NCBI RefSeq assembly: GCF_026210795.1
Contig: NC_089434.1
Span: 620,001-684,000 of the forward strand
Origin: Rhizophagus irregularis
Lineage: Eukaryota
Reading direction: 5' to 3'
DNA length: 64,000 nucleotides
Shown: piece by piece, positions 14,040 to 27,303 of the stretch
Layout of the letters: each line of letters starts with the position of its first letter
Numbering within the stretch: the stretch's first letter is position 1
Made by a program: the position numbers and the translations under genes
The notes under the pieces: generated by a model
What the model was told of the DNA's origin: nothing
What the model saw: only the letters and a program-made list of their open reading frames with translations
Database searches by the model: none

Positions 14040-14960
14040 AAGCCAAAATTCTCGATACACTTATTAAAAAAAAACTATTATCAATAAAATTTTCTATTAA
14101 GATTTCTAAACAAAATTCTCCATCAAAAAAATAAAAAAAATTTTCAACAAACAATTCTCTAATGAAATTCTCAATCAAAAAAAATATCCCGATTAAAAAG
14201 ATTCTTACCACCTATTAAAAAAAATTCTCAAAGAATTTCTATATCAAAAAAAAAACTCTCCTATTAAAAAAAAATCTTTACCGAAATTCTCTATCAAAAA
14301 AAAGTCTCCCCTGTTAAAAAAATTTACACTAACGAAATTATCTATCAAAAAGAAATTCTATGATGAAATTTCTATCAAAAAAAAAAAAAATTCTCTGCGA
14401 AATTCTTTAATGAAATTCTCTATCAAAAACAATCCCCCTATTAAAAAAAAATTCTCTAATAAAATTCTCCGTCAAAAAATACTTTCACCTATTAAAAAAA
14501 TTCTCAAAAGAAATTCTTTATCAAGGAAAACTCCCTCAATTAAAAAAAAATTCGTAACGAAATTCTCTATCAAAAAAAATTTCACTTGTTAAAAAATTTT
14601 CTAACGAAATTATCTATCAAAAAAAAATCTTCTCTATTAAAAAAATTCTTCAAATAATTTTCTACAAAAAAAAAAAAATCTCAAATAATTCTCTATCAAA
14701 AAAATCTCTCCTGTTAAAAAAAATTGCTCCAACAAATTAAGTATACGTCAAAAAAAAAAATCTTATTCAAAAAAATTCTCCAATGAAATTTCTATCAAAT
14801 AAAAGTTAACGAAATTATCCATCAAAAAAAAAAACTCAGAAATGTCCCTATCAATGAAAAAAATTTTCTAACCAAATTTTTTATCAAAAAAAATCTTCTT
14901 ATTAAAAAAATTCCCAATGAAATTCTATCAAACAAAGCCTTTGCCTATATTAAAAATAAA
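14040..14960 (+). repeat. Degenerate A-rich minisatellite (AAATTCTCTATCAAAAAAA-like)
   Basis: Many AAATTCTC(T)ATCAAAAAA and CCTATTAAAAAAA units. Confidence 0.75.
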
Positions 14961-15032
14961 AATTCTCTACAAAATTTGTTTATAAAAAAAAGCCAATAAA
15001 AAAAAAAAATTTTTTTTTAAAAAAAATTAAAT

Positions 15033-15175
15033 GGCAGGTATAAAATGGCGGGTACCCGATATGTGAAACGGCGGGTACCCGATATGTGAAGCGGCAGGTA
15101 CCTGATATGTGAAGCGGCGGGTACCTGATATGTAGAATGGCGGGTACCTGATATTTGAAACGGCAGGTATTCGAT
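15033..15175 (+). repeat. 23-bp tandem repeat GGCGGGTACCCGATATGTGAAAC, about 6 copies
   Basis: Read directly; subterminal to the right TIR. Confidence 0.85.
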
Positions 15176-16729
15176 CCCTTAATAATTTAAAATTTGGTCC
15201 AAAATAAATTAATAAACCGTTATAATATAAAGCTTAAATTATGTAGCGTATACACGTTGCTTTTTATGGCGGGTTACCCCTGAAATTGACAGGTTAACCC
15301 AACAGAACAGGGGTAACCCGCCGTGAAATATAACGTGTATACGCTATGTTTTGTAGCGTGTACACGCTATGTTTTGCTACGCACTTTTGACCACTACCGC
15401 TTGCCATAAGATAGTCTTCACTTACGCTATTTATCACGAAAATGTCATCATAAAAAAATCTTTTTTAATTAGATAGATCTTTTTAAGAAAAAGATGAAAC
15501 AATTGAAACATGAGAGTGTCATAAAAAATCACGTGTAAAATCCCTTAAAATCGAGTAAATTACGAGTGAAAAAAAAATAATTGATCACATGGTATAAATC
15601 GGCTCCACTTTTTTTCTTATTTTATGTATTTATCAAGAAACGTTAGAATCTTTTCAAGAGAGCATATTTATTAATAATTGTAAAATTTTTTATTCATTTT
15701 TGTATCATACTAATTATAATTACTGTATATGAGAAACAACTTTTTAGAACATAATGGTTAAGTCACATATTTTAAATGCTTGATTTTAAAGACACTGGTA
15801 TGATAGGATAACTTGAGATTTGGAGAATATTAGTTATAACATTAAATGATTATTTTTATAAGGACCAAAGATTTAAATGTCTAAAACGTTAGACAAAATT
15901 GGTTCAAAAATTTTAATTGGCATTTTTAAAAAATGGGAATATTTACAATTTACAGTAATACATATAAACATATATTTCTTAATTCATATTTGATTGATGA
16001 AATACCTCGAGTAATAATAAAATATGTTTTCCAATTAAGATCGGACAAAAAAAATTTTTAAATTCTCGTAAAATAAAATTTTAAAAATGATACGGGGGCG
16101 GCTTTTTTTTAATGTATTTTTTTTATTGTATATACAATTGGTATCACGAAATAAATTGATACAAATCATCAGATCGTTTAAATACATAGCGAAAACCTTT
16201 TTCTAAGCATGGTAACAATTTATTGTAAATGTAGAATATCATTCCAAATCAGTTTTTGGCTGGGAAGGACTTGAAAATATGAATATTGATGAATTTTATC
16301 AAGATGTGGTTAGGACGAGAGTTATGGGATAAGATCATAAGAATATCACTGAATTTTTAGTCATACAAGACTAAGTGAAAAGGAAAACATGGGAGACTGT
16401 AATGCAATATGGAAAATATGTTAATGTAATAATGTAATAAATATAGTAGTTGTTATCAAATAAAGCAAAAATTATAAATTACTTATGTGAATCACGTGTA
16501 AAATTCACGTGAAAAAAATCGAGTCAAAAATTTAAATATACGAAAATTTTTCTTCGACTCTAACTAACCTAATAAACTAAAGCGATTTATTTTACTTATT
16601 TTTTGAATACACAATATGCATAATATATTTATGTATTTAATACAATTAATAATTCTATGAAAAAAAAAAATAAATCATTAGCATGTGATATTGTGATACG
16701 TTAAGCAATGAAAAAATACTTGGTAAAAA

Positions 16730-17400
16730 TTAAGGCGCGACACAAGTTCGTTAACGCAGTACCGCATAGTTCATAAATAGGTGCATTCTAATTTGTTATT
16801 TTAATTTTTACACACTTTTTCATTGTTTTGGCTTTATTTTATTTAAAAGAAAATTATTAATAACCTTTTTAAAATATTCAATATTCGTTTACTAATATAA
16901 CTAATAATCAATAAACATTATACAATATTTAATTTTTCATGGCTTCAGGCTAATAAATTTTTTTGCTAAACTATTTATTTCTGACTTTTAAAAATAATTT
17001 TTTAAGCAAAATTTCCATTAAAATTTAAAAAGGATTATAATAAAGTTTAGTATGCACATAATTGAAAAGATCTTTTCATTTTATGTCTGAAGTGAGTACA
17101 TTAAATTGATTCAATTCTTAGTAAATAAAGTAGATGTATGTCATGTCAGTCAATCCATAGGAATGATGCAAAAGTATACGTTGGACATTTGGATATTTGG
17201 AAAAAATTTAATAACGGTAATTTTCTTGAGCGAAGCGAAGGAAATATTTCTATACTATCTCGTGTTAACTCATTCATTTTCTTCCATTGATACACTAACG
17301 TCATCTCAATTTCTTTTTGGGATGATCCTAACCCTGCTTCCTTTCTTTCTGATTATGCGTAATTCTTTAATTTATGAATATATATATTTTGCGTTTTTAA
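16730..17400 (+). repeat. Dispersed degenerate repeat; copies at about 39385-40046 plus 42023-42140, and partially at about 170-340
   Basis: Shared strings GCGACACAAGTTCGTT, CTAAACTATTTATTT, AAAAAGGATTATAATAA, AATCCATAGGAATGATGCAAAAG, ACTAACGTCATCT. Confidence 0.7.
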
Positions 17401-19020
17401 GTACACTTAATTACACATTTAATACAATTTAATAATTTTTGAGAAAGACATGAAATTTGATTTTTATCAAAAATTACAAAAAATTTTGGTCATATCGGCG
17501 GATTTGATTACTTTGCGTTAAGAAAAAAGTCTTATAATTTTCATTGCGCAAAATTACCAGAAAATCATCTGATAAACGGACTTGTGATTATATAACATGT
17601 TATGTTAAATCAATAAATCTACGTTCGTAAAACTTATAAGTTTTAAATGAAATAGACGAAAAAAACCGTTTCACTAATAAAAAAATTTATTTCTCATTCA
17701 TATAATGATTTATGATTAAAAAGGGAGTATACTTCAATAAAACAAAATGTAGAATATAATCTTAATAATCATAAACATTTATACAGTTTTTTGTACACCT
17801 AACATAACAATGCCACCCTATTATGTAATTTTAAACTCATTAATGTATTTATTATAATTTATTCAATTTAAATAAAAACTTTAAAATCTTTATAAAGAAC
17901 TATAAAATTACAAAAATATCAAAGAAAATAAATTCAGCAAATTATGAGAGAAAGGTCACCTCTAATTGTTAATCATAAAACTTACTAACGTTCCCAAACC
18001 ATAAAGCCTACTCACATGAGAGTCTAAAGTTCATATTCTAGTCCAGAAAGTTACCCACGAGAAAAAGAAAGGATCGTCTTACTAAATCATAATTCCCACT
18101 CACACCTTTTCATACCGACTGAAGTCCAAAGTCCAGAAAGATATTAGTACCTATAAGAAAAAAAAAGAAAGAAATGTTAATATAGATCTAACGTTCTCAA
18201 ATCACAATTCCCACCTACACCTTTCCATACTGGAGTTCAAAGTCAAAATCCGCGTCTAGAAAGATATCTACAAGAAAAAAAAAGAAAAGAACGTTAGTAA
18301 ATTAACATACTCTAATCCCCTAACCACTACTCTAACTCACAAACTACTTACCTTATTCCTTTATTCATCCTTCAGTTAGTCAGGCCGTAATCTATTTTTT
18401 TTTAAAAAAAGAAAAATAATAAAAAAATGGAAAGTTATTAATGTTTATTTGTTTATCAGAAATTCTTTTTTTAGACGTGAATTATTTTTCACAGATAATA
18501 TATATATATTTTTTATTAATTAACGTTAACTAACCTTTTATTTCTTTGTAGGTAGTTCCTTTCAGCTTAAGAACTTCCAGTAAGTCTTTTTAACGTCATA
18601 TATGTTTTTTTGTTAATTGACGTTAAGTGAAAATACAGTATCTTTTTTCTTGGCCCTGAAGTTTCCTGTAATGCTATTTCTAAAGTTCTTAAGGTAGTTG
18701 TCAATTTATTGTTATTTACCTATTTTTCACGTTCTTTTGTCTTGCTAACTTCACTTCCTTCTTCAGATATGAAATTAATAAAAGTTTCGTATTGAGAATA
18801 AGGTGAGTCTTCCTTCCGTCTTATTATGTTATATTCTTTTTATTTTTAAAACAATATTAACAAGTTTAACAAGTTTCTTTTCTTTCTTTATAGATAGTGA
18901 CTTTCTTTTATTCCCTCTATTTTTTTTTCGTTCCTCTATTATTCCCTATCTTTTTTTTGTCCCTTTTCTTTTATTTATTCCTTTGTTCCTTTTTATTCCG
19001 TTTTATCTCCTTTCACTTTT

Positions 19021-19416
19021 AATTTAGAAGGTTTTCATAAATTTATTAATGATTGTACTTATATACCTGTTACAATTATGTTCACTTCACAACCATATGA
19101 TGGGGTACCAAGAGAAGGTGTTATAATCATTTCGAAAGAAAATTTTAAAAACATTTTGAATCCGTTTTCCCCACGGGCAAAATTTGCCATTATCAAGGAG
19201 ACCAATCCCAACTTTTGATATAGAAATAGGTTGTTGAACACTCATGATGGTGTTGGTGCTACTTCTATTGATAAAGCTTTAGAAAAACGGCCATATTTTG
19301 ACGATGAGGGGTATCTAAAGATAAATCCAAATACAAAAAAATTGGATTATCACCCATTTAACATATCAAAAAAATTGTCCATTGAAAACCGAGATACTCC
19401 TTCCGTCTATTATTAA
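19021..19416 (+). pseudogene. Crinkler (CRN)-like C-terminal fragment with in-frame TGA
   Basis: One frame reads ...IMFTSQPYD...IIISKENFKNIL.PFSPRAKF...NPNF*YRNRLLNTHDGVGATSIDKALEKRPY..., resembling the HhH-type tail of Glomeromycota CRN-family proteins. Stop at 19216-19218. No 5' part. Confidence 0.55.
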
Positions 19417-19810
19417 ATATTCACAATTTAAATGTGATTCGTCTTAAGTTACCGTTCTTTGCAAAATGAAAAAAAATACATACCTTTTTTCAGTTTAAGA
19501 TTTGAAATTCATGATTATCAATTTAATGTTCTTGTCATGCCATGTCACCAAAAAAGATACGGGCACGAAATTTAATTAAAGCTATAAATTCCATTTTTAA
19601 GGACAACATTGCGGCGGATTTATGAATAAGCAAAAATCCCCTGTTGCACCCTCGGGAATTAAATTGATTATGATATTGATTAAGTTTTTTCCATATTGAG
19701 GCAATATACGAATTTGCATAAAAAAAATGTCAAATAATGACGCATCCTCAATACATAGAAAGATTTGGTATACAAAAAAACTTTCCGGGTTTATTTTGAC
19801 TGTTGTAATG

Positions 19811-20036
19811 TAGGGATTGGAATCGAAAATCGAATCTTTTCAAGATTTTTCTTATAGACGACCAATCTGACTTTGAATCAGTTTCTAATTTCAGCAAAAA
19901 TAATCAGCACTTGGCCGGCATGAAAAATTACTTTAGAGTCAGGTTAACTTATATGTAAAAAAATGCTGAGAATCGATTCTCGAGAATCGATTTTACTATG
20001 TTTTGTCGATTTGCGATTAATCGATTCCAATCCCTA
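19811..20036. mobile_element. hAT-type MITE (226 bp)
   Basis: 16-bp perfect TIR TAGGGATTGGAATCGA. 8-bp TSD TTGTAATG at 19803-19810 and 20037-20044. Confidence 0.9.
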
Positions 20037-20883
20037 TTGTAATGCCGTAATTTACCTAAGGAATTTATTAATTGTGGGATGCAGTATTATAGTTAGTTTG
20101 TGTATTTTTATCAACTGCGGTCCGGAAAGACCATATTAAAAGGATTAACTGCGGTCCAAAATAACGTTACTATCAAGTTGAATTTAATAGGATATATATT
20201 TTTAGAAATGGGAATTATTATGTTTATCGACATAAGAAATGAGGAAAAAGGTCAGAGGTTAAAAATCTTGAAAAACTAATTTTTACGAAAAACGAAAAAT
20301 GAAATTTTTGAAATTCTAATGATGATGAGAAAAAGATCTATTAACTAATTAAGGGTAAATGTGAGAAAGTCCTAATTGAAAAACATCAAAAAGGAAAAAG
20401 GGAAAAATCTTAGGAAATATTTTGGGAATTTATTTTATTATATAAATAGGGGATAAATTCGATTAAGGAAAAAGCACTTCCAGAATTCTATTTTTATTTT
20501 TTTTATTACATTATATTAAACCAATCATTATATCATATTTGTGTAATTTATCATATTATTAATAAAACATCGTTTTTTGTTAAGACTGCGGTGGCAACGT
20601 AGTTTACTACGGGCGCAGGTCTTACACTGTTCATTAGTAAATTCGCCAAAATTTGGTGATCAATATTTAAATTTGGTGACATGACGGACATGACGGACAA
20701 ATTTTGGGTATTTCATAAATCTGCCGTGATGAAACACTGTCAAATATTATATTTGTTAGGAAAAATAACCAATTAAACTTTTCATAGTAATTACTTAATT
20801 TCTTTTTATAATTTTAATATACAAAAATAATTCAATGCATATATATATTATAATAAATTATACATTATATTAAGTATACGAAA

Positions 20884-23247
20884 TCATTCTGTGCTACAGA
20901 ATGTTGTGCGATAAACTTTACGATTAGTTTCATTCGTCGCTTTTAAAAAAATTTCCATGGATCCGAAACGTAGAGTCAGCATCACGGGACGATTTGTTCC
21001 CAAGTGAACGTCGGGTAGATCAACATTGAACTTACCCAAGAAATTCATCTCGGGCTCATCACAATATGTTGCACTATATTTGGAAGTGTAATAAATGCAG
21101 AAGTCTATGGAGGTTTGATTTGGATAAGACGGATATAAACGCTCAGAAAATTCTTTGTCTACATCCACCTGTACTTCTTTCTCGGCCATTAAAAAAAATT
21201 TGTCGATTCTACCATTGCTATCTTTACGAGATGGTGGATCACCAGGTTGCTAGTATTAAAAATAAAAATTAATGCTGTACTCTTGCTAGACTCTTTGCTT
21301 TTTTATTTTATTGACGCTTACCCATTTAGGCGAAATTAGAACTCCATATGTCCATTTCAATACTCTAGTGCTCACTGCTTTTGTATCAAGTCCATATTCA
21401 CACGCACCACTTACAACCGCAATAACCGGACGAGGTGGGACTGTAATGAAGAACGTTTAAGCATAAATTGAATGTACTCGCTCTCCTTTTTATCAACTAC
21501 CAACAGACAACGAACATACCTGCTATTTTGATTTTGTGTTCGAATGCTTGTTTAACTCTAGTTTGAAGATATTTCGATTCGCTAAAACCTCCGACCAAAT
21601 ACATCATTGAACAATCCGGACATTTCTTCAACTGGTCCTTAATCAATTTCAAAATCTTATCGATCACTGGATCAAAAAACCCTTTTACTGTCTTAAAATC
21701 GAGATCAATAATCCAATCATCCTCACGCAGTTTATTTTTTTCAGATCCGGTAACATATTTCTTAAGAGCCGGACACTTTCTCTCAATGTCCCACTCAAAA
21801 GTTCCGAAGTCGGACTCTTCGCCAGTGAATGGAATTTTAACATGAAAACAGAATTGCTGTACCATATAATTGACCTGGCCGTAGTTTTTCTCTTTTAGCT
21901 CGTTCATCGCAGATTTACTTACTTTCTTTTCAAGAAATTCTAGAAATTTATCATCTACATAGGATCCACCGCAAAAATCTTCTGATCTCATAGTCGTTTC
22001 TCCTAACTTATTATCTGGTAATAATTTCCTAACGGTTAAATCCACGGTCCCTCCACCACAATCAACAATTAAGTATTTGGCTAAATATAAAATAATATAA
22101 TTATTTGTAAGGTTATAAAAATGAACTAAAAAAGGCTTAATAATATATACCTCCAGTTGATAACCCGTGTTCCTTTAATATACTCATACAATGAATCGCT
22201 GCTGCTTCCGCTATAAAATCAAACCGAGTATTATCAAAATATCACATGAAAATGAATTACACAGTATTTATTCTTACGTTCGGTGGTAAACTGAAGACCT
22301 AGTGTACCAATCCTTTTGATCAATCCGGCATCAAATAAGCATTTTCTCATTATTGACTTTGTTTTCTCAGAGAATCCTAAAATAATAATTTTTAATATTT
22401 GCATATATACAGTACGTTTTTATAAACTTACCAGAAGGCACGGTAACAATAATTCGCACGTGATGGTAAAAATCAACATTAGACCAACAACGTTTGATTT
22501 CATCTTTTATAACCTACGAAATCACAAAACCAACTGGTAACTTGTTCTATATAACTGGATGAGAAGTACAATGTATTTTATCGTTATACCTTTCCTAAAT
22601 AATAATAATAATAATAATAATTTTCGCCACGCAATTAATTTTTGGACCCAAAAAATCAGTGAGCATAAAAGCCGAAGGATACACAGTTAATTACCCATTT
22701 CACGAAGATAATCAGTTATTGCTCTCTCAGGAGTAATTCCATCCGGTAATTTAGGCTTTTTGCTTTCCGGGACGTCACCTAAATGAAGTTTAAACAACTC
22801 AACCGGTCTTGGTTGATTATTCTTAGCTTTTTTGGAAGGTTCGCCAGCTAGTGCCTTAGCTCCCCATGCAATAACGTCTTCATAGTCTTCGTCATATTGC
22901 AATACGGTATTTGTTTTCATAGGACCTTTAATTCCCAGCCAATTATCGTTCACTACAATTTCTATTTTCTCCTTTTCGGGTTTAATATAGGCGAAAGAAA
23001 AACCCTAGTAAAAGAATGTGACGATTGTGACGTTATCATTACTAGTTATTCGGATATTGACAAACGATAGCTTAAAAAAATTACCGAAAATGTTGTGCCA
23101 AAATCTAAGAATGAAAAAGACGATTTATTAATAAAAATAATAAATTTTGCTAATAATAATAAATAACTAAGATATTGCTTGGATTTTACCTATCCCAATA
23201 ACTACACGTGCATCCTCTACCGGAGGTTCATACTCAATTGGAATCAT
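20884..23247 (-). CDS. HSPA12-type Hsp70/actin-like ATPase, copy 1 (10 exons, about 559 aa)
   Basis: VIGIDFGTTFSG, VTVPS, FTTEPEAAA, IVDCGGGTVD, LVGGFSES. Exons 23247-23190, 23104-23085, 23004-22695, 22594-22590, 22513-22432, 22376-22278, 22210-22151, 22080-21520, 21440-21322 and 21249-20884 sum to 1680 nt, in frame. Confidence 0.9.
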
Positions 23248-24183
23248 TTTTTTGTGGGAGAAAATTTTATGTACTAATAATAAATGTATCGAACGTACTG
23301 CACGTATATAAACCAAAAGAAATTTCGGAGTTTTTAAACGTAAATAAGGTTGAAATAATTCCTTTTATAGGTGACCATTTCACTCAATCACTCAATCACC
23401 GGGAATTATTAAAAAAGAAAAGATTTACATCTGGTTTTGTTTAGGTCACTCATATGAAAACATGCTTTTATCAAGCTTAGATAATATTTTGTGTTACATG
23501 ATTCCGATGTTTTGCATTTAAAATGTATAATTGCATATCAAATGAAAAATCATACATCTAACCCAAGATTATCGAATGAAATGTTGAAATGTATGATTCC
23601 GCGAACTGATGAAGGAGGGAGTAATGCGGGTCTCAGCATCACGCCCAGTTACTTCTTTGCTTCTGTAAATTTTTACATCTAATTATTTAATTTCTATCAC
23701 TAAATATAAAAGATTTTAAGTTTCGCATGCAAAAAAATTTCAAATTTCAAACCTATAACGTAAGTTACTGACATTAGCATTGAAGAAAAAAAAATAAAGC
23801 AATATCGATGGCGTAGTATTTCCGATTTACTTCCATAGTTATACTTCATTTTAATAAAATTAAGAATATACGAAAAATGATTGAAAGTTCGTTAAAATAA
23901 CAGGTAATTTATATAATGAATTTAGCAGTATAGTCGTTTATCGAGATATTTCACATTTGGCACATTTTATATAAATAAATAGCACGTAACTTTAACGAAG
24001 TTTGAGATTCATTCAATAGAATGTTCAGAAAAATGAAATCGTAAATTTATTATACTAACGTGCGTGAACTGAAGATGAAGTTCTTTTTTTTAAAAAAATA
24101 ATTTAATTATACATTGTTATTATTATATTTATAAATAACATTTTTATTCGCTATATATAACATAGTTGATATTGATAAATTAT

Positions 24184-26673
24184 CTAAATTTCCGCACTAG
24201 AAAACGTCGTACGATAATCTTCGTCAGTCGTTTGATTTTTTGCTGTTGCAACAATTTCCATAGAACCGAAACATAGTGTCAATAAAACAGGGCGATTCAT
24301 TCCTAAGTGAGGATCAGGCAGTTCAATATTGAAACTACCCAATGAATTCATTTCAGGTTCATCACAATATGTTGCATCATCTTTGGAAGTATAATAGATG
24401 GTGAATTTTAGTGTAGTAGCATCTGGTTCTGGTGGACTAAAACTCTGCGAATATTCATCGGTTGCATTCACTTCTGTCCCTTTCTTAACTATTAAACTAA
24501 ATTTTTTGATTCGACCATTCGACATTTTACGATCAGGTGGATCACTGGCTTGCTGAAATTCCAAAAAAAAAAAATTAACATATTATTTTGATTTTTTTTT
24601 TTACGTTATTGCTGCTCACCCATTTAGGTGCAATTTCGACTCCATATGTCCATTTTAATACTCTCGTGCTTATGGACTTCATATTAAGCCCATATTCGCA
24701 TGCACCATTTACAACTGCAATAACTGGACGAGGTGGGACTGTGACAAATTTAAAACAAATTGAATGTTTCGTCTCTTTTTTTTATTAACCAACAAACAAT
24801 AAACATACCTGCTATTTTAATTTGGTTTTCGAAATTTTGTTTAACTCTGGATTGAAAATATTTAGACTCACTAAATCCTCCAACCAAAAACATTACTGAA
24901 CAACTCGTACATTTTTTCAACTGTTGCTCAATTAAAGTCAAGATCGACTCGATCACCTTATCAAAAAACGATTTTACAGTTTCAAAATCAAGATCAATAA
25001 TCCAATCATTTACAACTAATTCATCTCTTTGCGTTCCGTCGACGTATTTCTTGACAGCCGGGCATTTTCTATCAATATCTAATTCGTAAGTTTTGAATTC
25101 GGCTTTATCTCCAGTGAATGGTATTTTAACTTGAAAGCAAAATTGTTGCACCAAATAATTGACCTGACTGTAGTGGTTTTTCTTTAACATGTCCATAGCA
25201 GATTTACCTACTTTACTCTCAAAAAATTCTAGAAAATTTTTATCTACGTAGGATCCACCGTGATATCCACATGTACTCATTGTCATCTCTCTTAATCGGC
25301 TTTCTGATAATAACTTTCTAACGGTTAAATCTACTGTTCCCCCTCCACAATCGACAATCAAATATTTTGCTAATTAAGCCGTATTATTTAGAAAATTAAT
25401 AACAAAATAAGGTAACAATAAAAGAAGCTTAATGGCAGGGTTGCGAAAACGACGAAACATTCGTACAGTTCTGTTTCTCTTCTCCTGGATTGCACATCTG
25501 ATTAAGGAGGAACTGTACGAAAACATTTTCTAAACCCTGCTTAATGGTATATACCTCCAGTTGTTAATCCATGTTCTTCTAATGTACTCATACAATAAAT
25601 CGCTGCGGCTTCCGCTATAAAATAAAATCAAATGTCATAAGGCGATGAATTGCATGGTTTTCGGAGTTTAATTTTATTTCTTACGTTCAGTGGTAAATTG
25701 GAGACATAATGTACCAATCCTCTTAATTAAATCGGCGCCATATAAACATCGTCTCATAGTTGTTTTAGCCTCCTCAGTGAATCCTAAACATAATATTTAG
25801 TATTTCGCATATGTGTAGTACATTTTAAGAATTAACCAGATTACCGGCGGGTACAGTGACAACTATCCGTACGTGACGATAAAAATCAATATCAGGCCAA
25901 CAACGTTTAATTTCTTGTTGGATCACCTATCAAATCCAAATTACAAAAATTTATTCATGACGTATTTGAATGAAAAGAGGATATCTATTTTTATCATCAT
26001 ACCTTTCCTAGAAAAAAAAAATAATTTGTCATAAAATTAATTTTCGAACCAATTTTATACCATAAGCGTAAGAAAACACTGTTAATTACCCATTTCACGA
26101 AGGTAGTCGGTTATCGCTTTCTCAGGAGTCATTCCATCCGGTAATGTGGGTTTCTCTTCTTCTGGTACGTCTCCTAAATGAAATTTAAACAATTCGATCG
26201 GTTTTGGTGGTTGTTTATTATTTTTGTCTCTTCTGGAAGGCTCAATGGCTAACGCATTAGCTCCCCATGTGATAACATCTTCATAGTCATCGTCGTATTG
26301 TAATACAGTATTAATTTTCGCAGGACCTTTGATTCCAGGCCAATTATCATTTACTACAATATCTACTTTCCTATTTTCAGGTTTAACGAAAGCATAAGAA
26401 AAACCCTAGCGGGAAAAGTAACGTGATGTTAGTCGATTGGAGGCGAAAAAAAAAATCAAAAAACAGTAATTTCTCAATTTACCGAAAATGTTGTACCAAA
26501 ATCTAAGGTTTGGTTAATAAAAAAAATATGAAAGATTATTTTATTTATTAAGCATTGATAAAATTTTGTTAGTGTCGCTTTTTACCTATTCCAACAACTA
26601 CACGTATATCCTCTACAGGAGGTTCAAACTCAATCGGAATGCTTAGTAATGGAGTTTTTCTTGAATGAGACAT
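24184..26673 (-). CDS. HSPA12-type Hsp70/actin-like ATPase, copy 2 (tandem paralog, same 10-exon structure)
   Basis: Starts MSHSRKTPLLSIPIEFEPPVEDIRVVVGIDFGTTFSG. Same motifs and intron positions as copy 1, including a 20-nt exon (26502-26483) and a 5-nt exon (26007-26003). Confidence 0.9.
25436..25539. mobile_element. 104-bp hAT-type MITE inside an intron of Hsp70-like copy 2
   Basis: TIR CAGGGTT(GC/TA)GAAAA. 8-bp TSD CTTAATGG at 25428-25435 and 25540-25547. Internal inverted pair TTCGTACAGTTC/GAACTGTACGAA. The paralogous intron (about 22136) lacks it. Confidence 0.85.
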
Positions 26674-27303
26674 TTTATCTATTGAAATAAGTAAATGTGC
26701 TGAAAGTATTGTATATATATTTATTTATTCATTTATTTATAAATGATATCTAGCGAATAACATACGTGACACAAATGAAGCCACAATGCTTATTTCAAAT
26801 GAAACCCCAAAAAACTTTATTTATGAGGAATAATAATTCCGAATACATACAGTGTACAATACTAATTGCTTTCTTTAATCATCCTTATATGGTTAGTTAC
26901 TTATGCTGACAAACCTGGCCGAAAAATTCGGAAAAAATTCCGATTTTATTCCGATAAAAATTACCAATTATAGTAAAAAATGTTTGATAATTCTGGCCTG
27001 GCCACGTCTTAATGCGGGCTGATCTAGGTCTACAATAATATCAGCCAAAATAATCGGAATGCATATCACGTGTGACAAAAAAAATATCAAAACAAAATTC
27101 CATTTTTATTATTTCCGTTGATGATTATCTATTATAATCTATAAGGCTGTAATGCACGTATTATTTGTACTTCCTGTGTTATTAAACAAAGTGCTAGAAC
27201 GATGAACTTTATTAATAATCAAAATCACACGCATTGATTGATGGAATTACATATATATATAGATGCGTCAGATTTTCGTTTTTAAGTTGTTTCTTCCATA
27301 AAG

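Larger units (their letters stand above)
13054..15393. mobile_element. Non-autonomous TIR element (2.34 kb) with 92-bp TIRs, filled with minisatellites
   Basis: 13054-13145 is the reverse complement of 15302-15393 (TGGTCAAAAGTGCGTAGCAAAACATAGCGTGT...CCCCTGTTCTGT). No coding capacity. TSD not clearly resolved. Confidence 0.8.

Noticed and set aside
13541..14592. Short hydrophobic or Lys-rich ORFs
   Set aside because: Translations of minisatellites inside the TIR element.
17960..18350. Three degenerate 110-120-bp repeats (AGTCCAGAAAG, CACAATTCCCAC)
   Set aside because: Too decayed to assign; no open frame or termini found.
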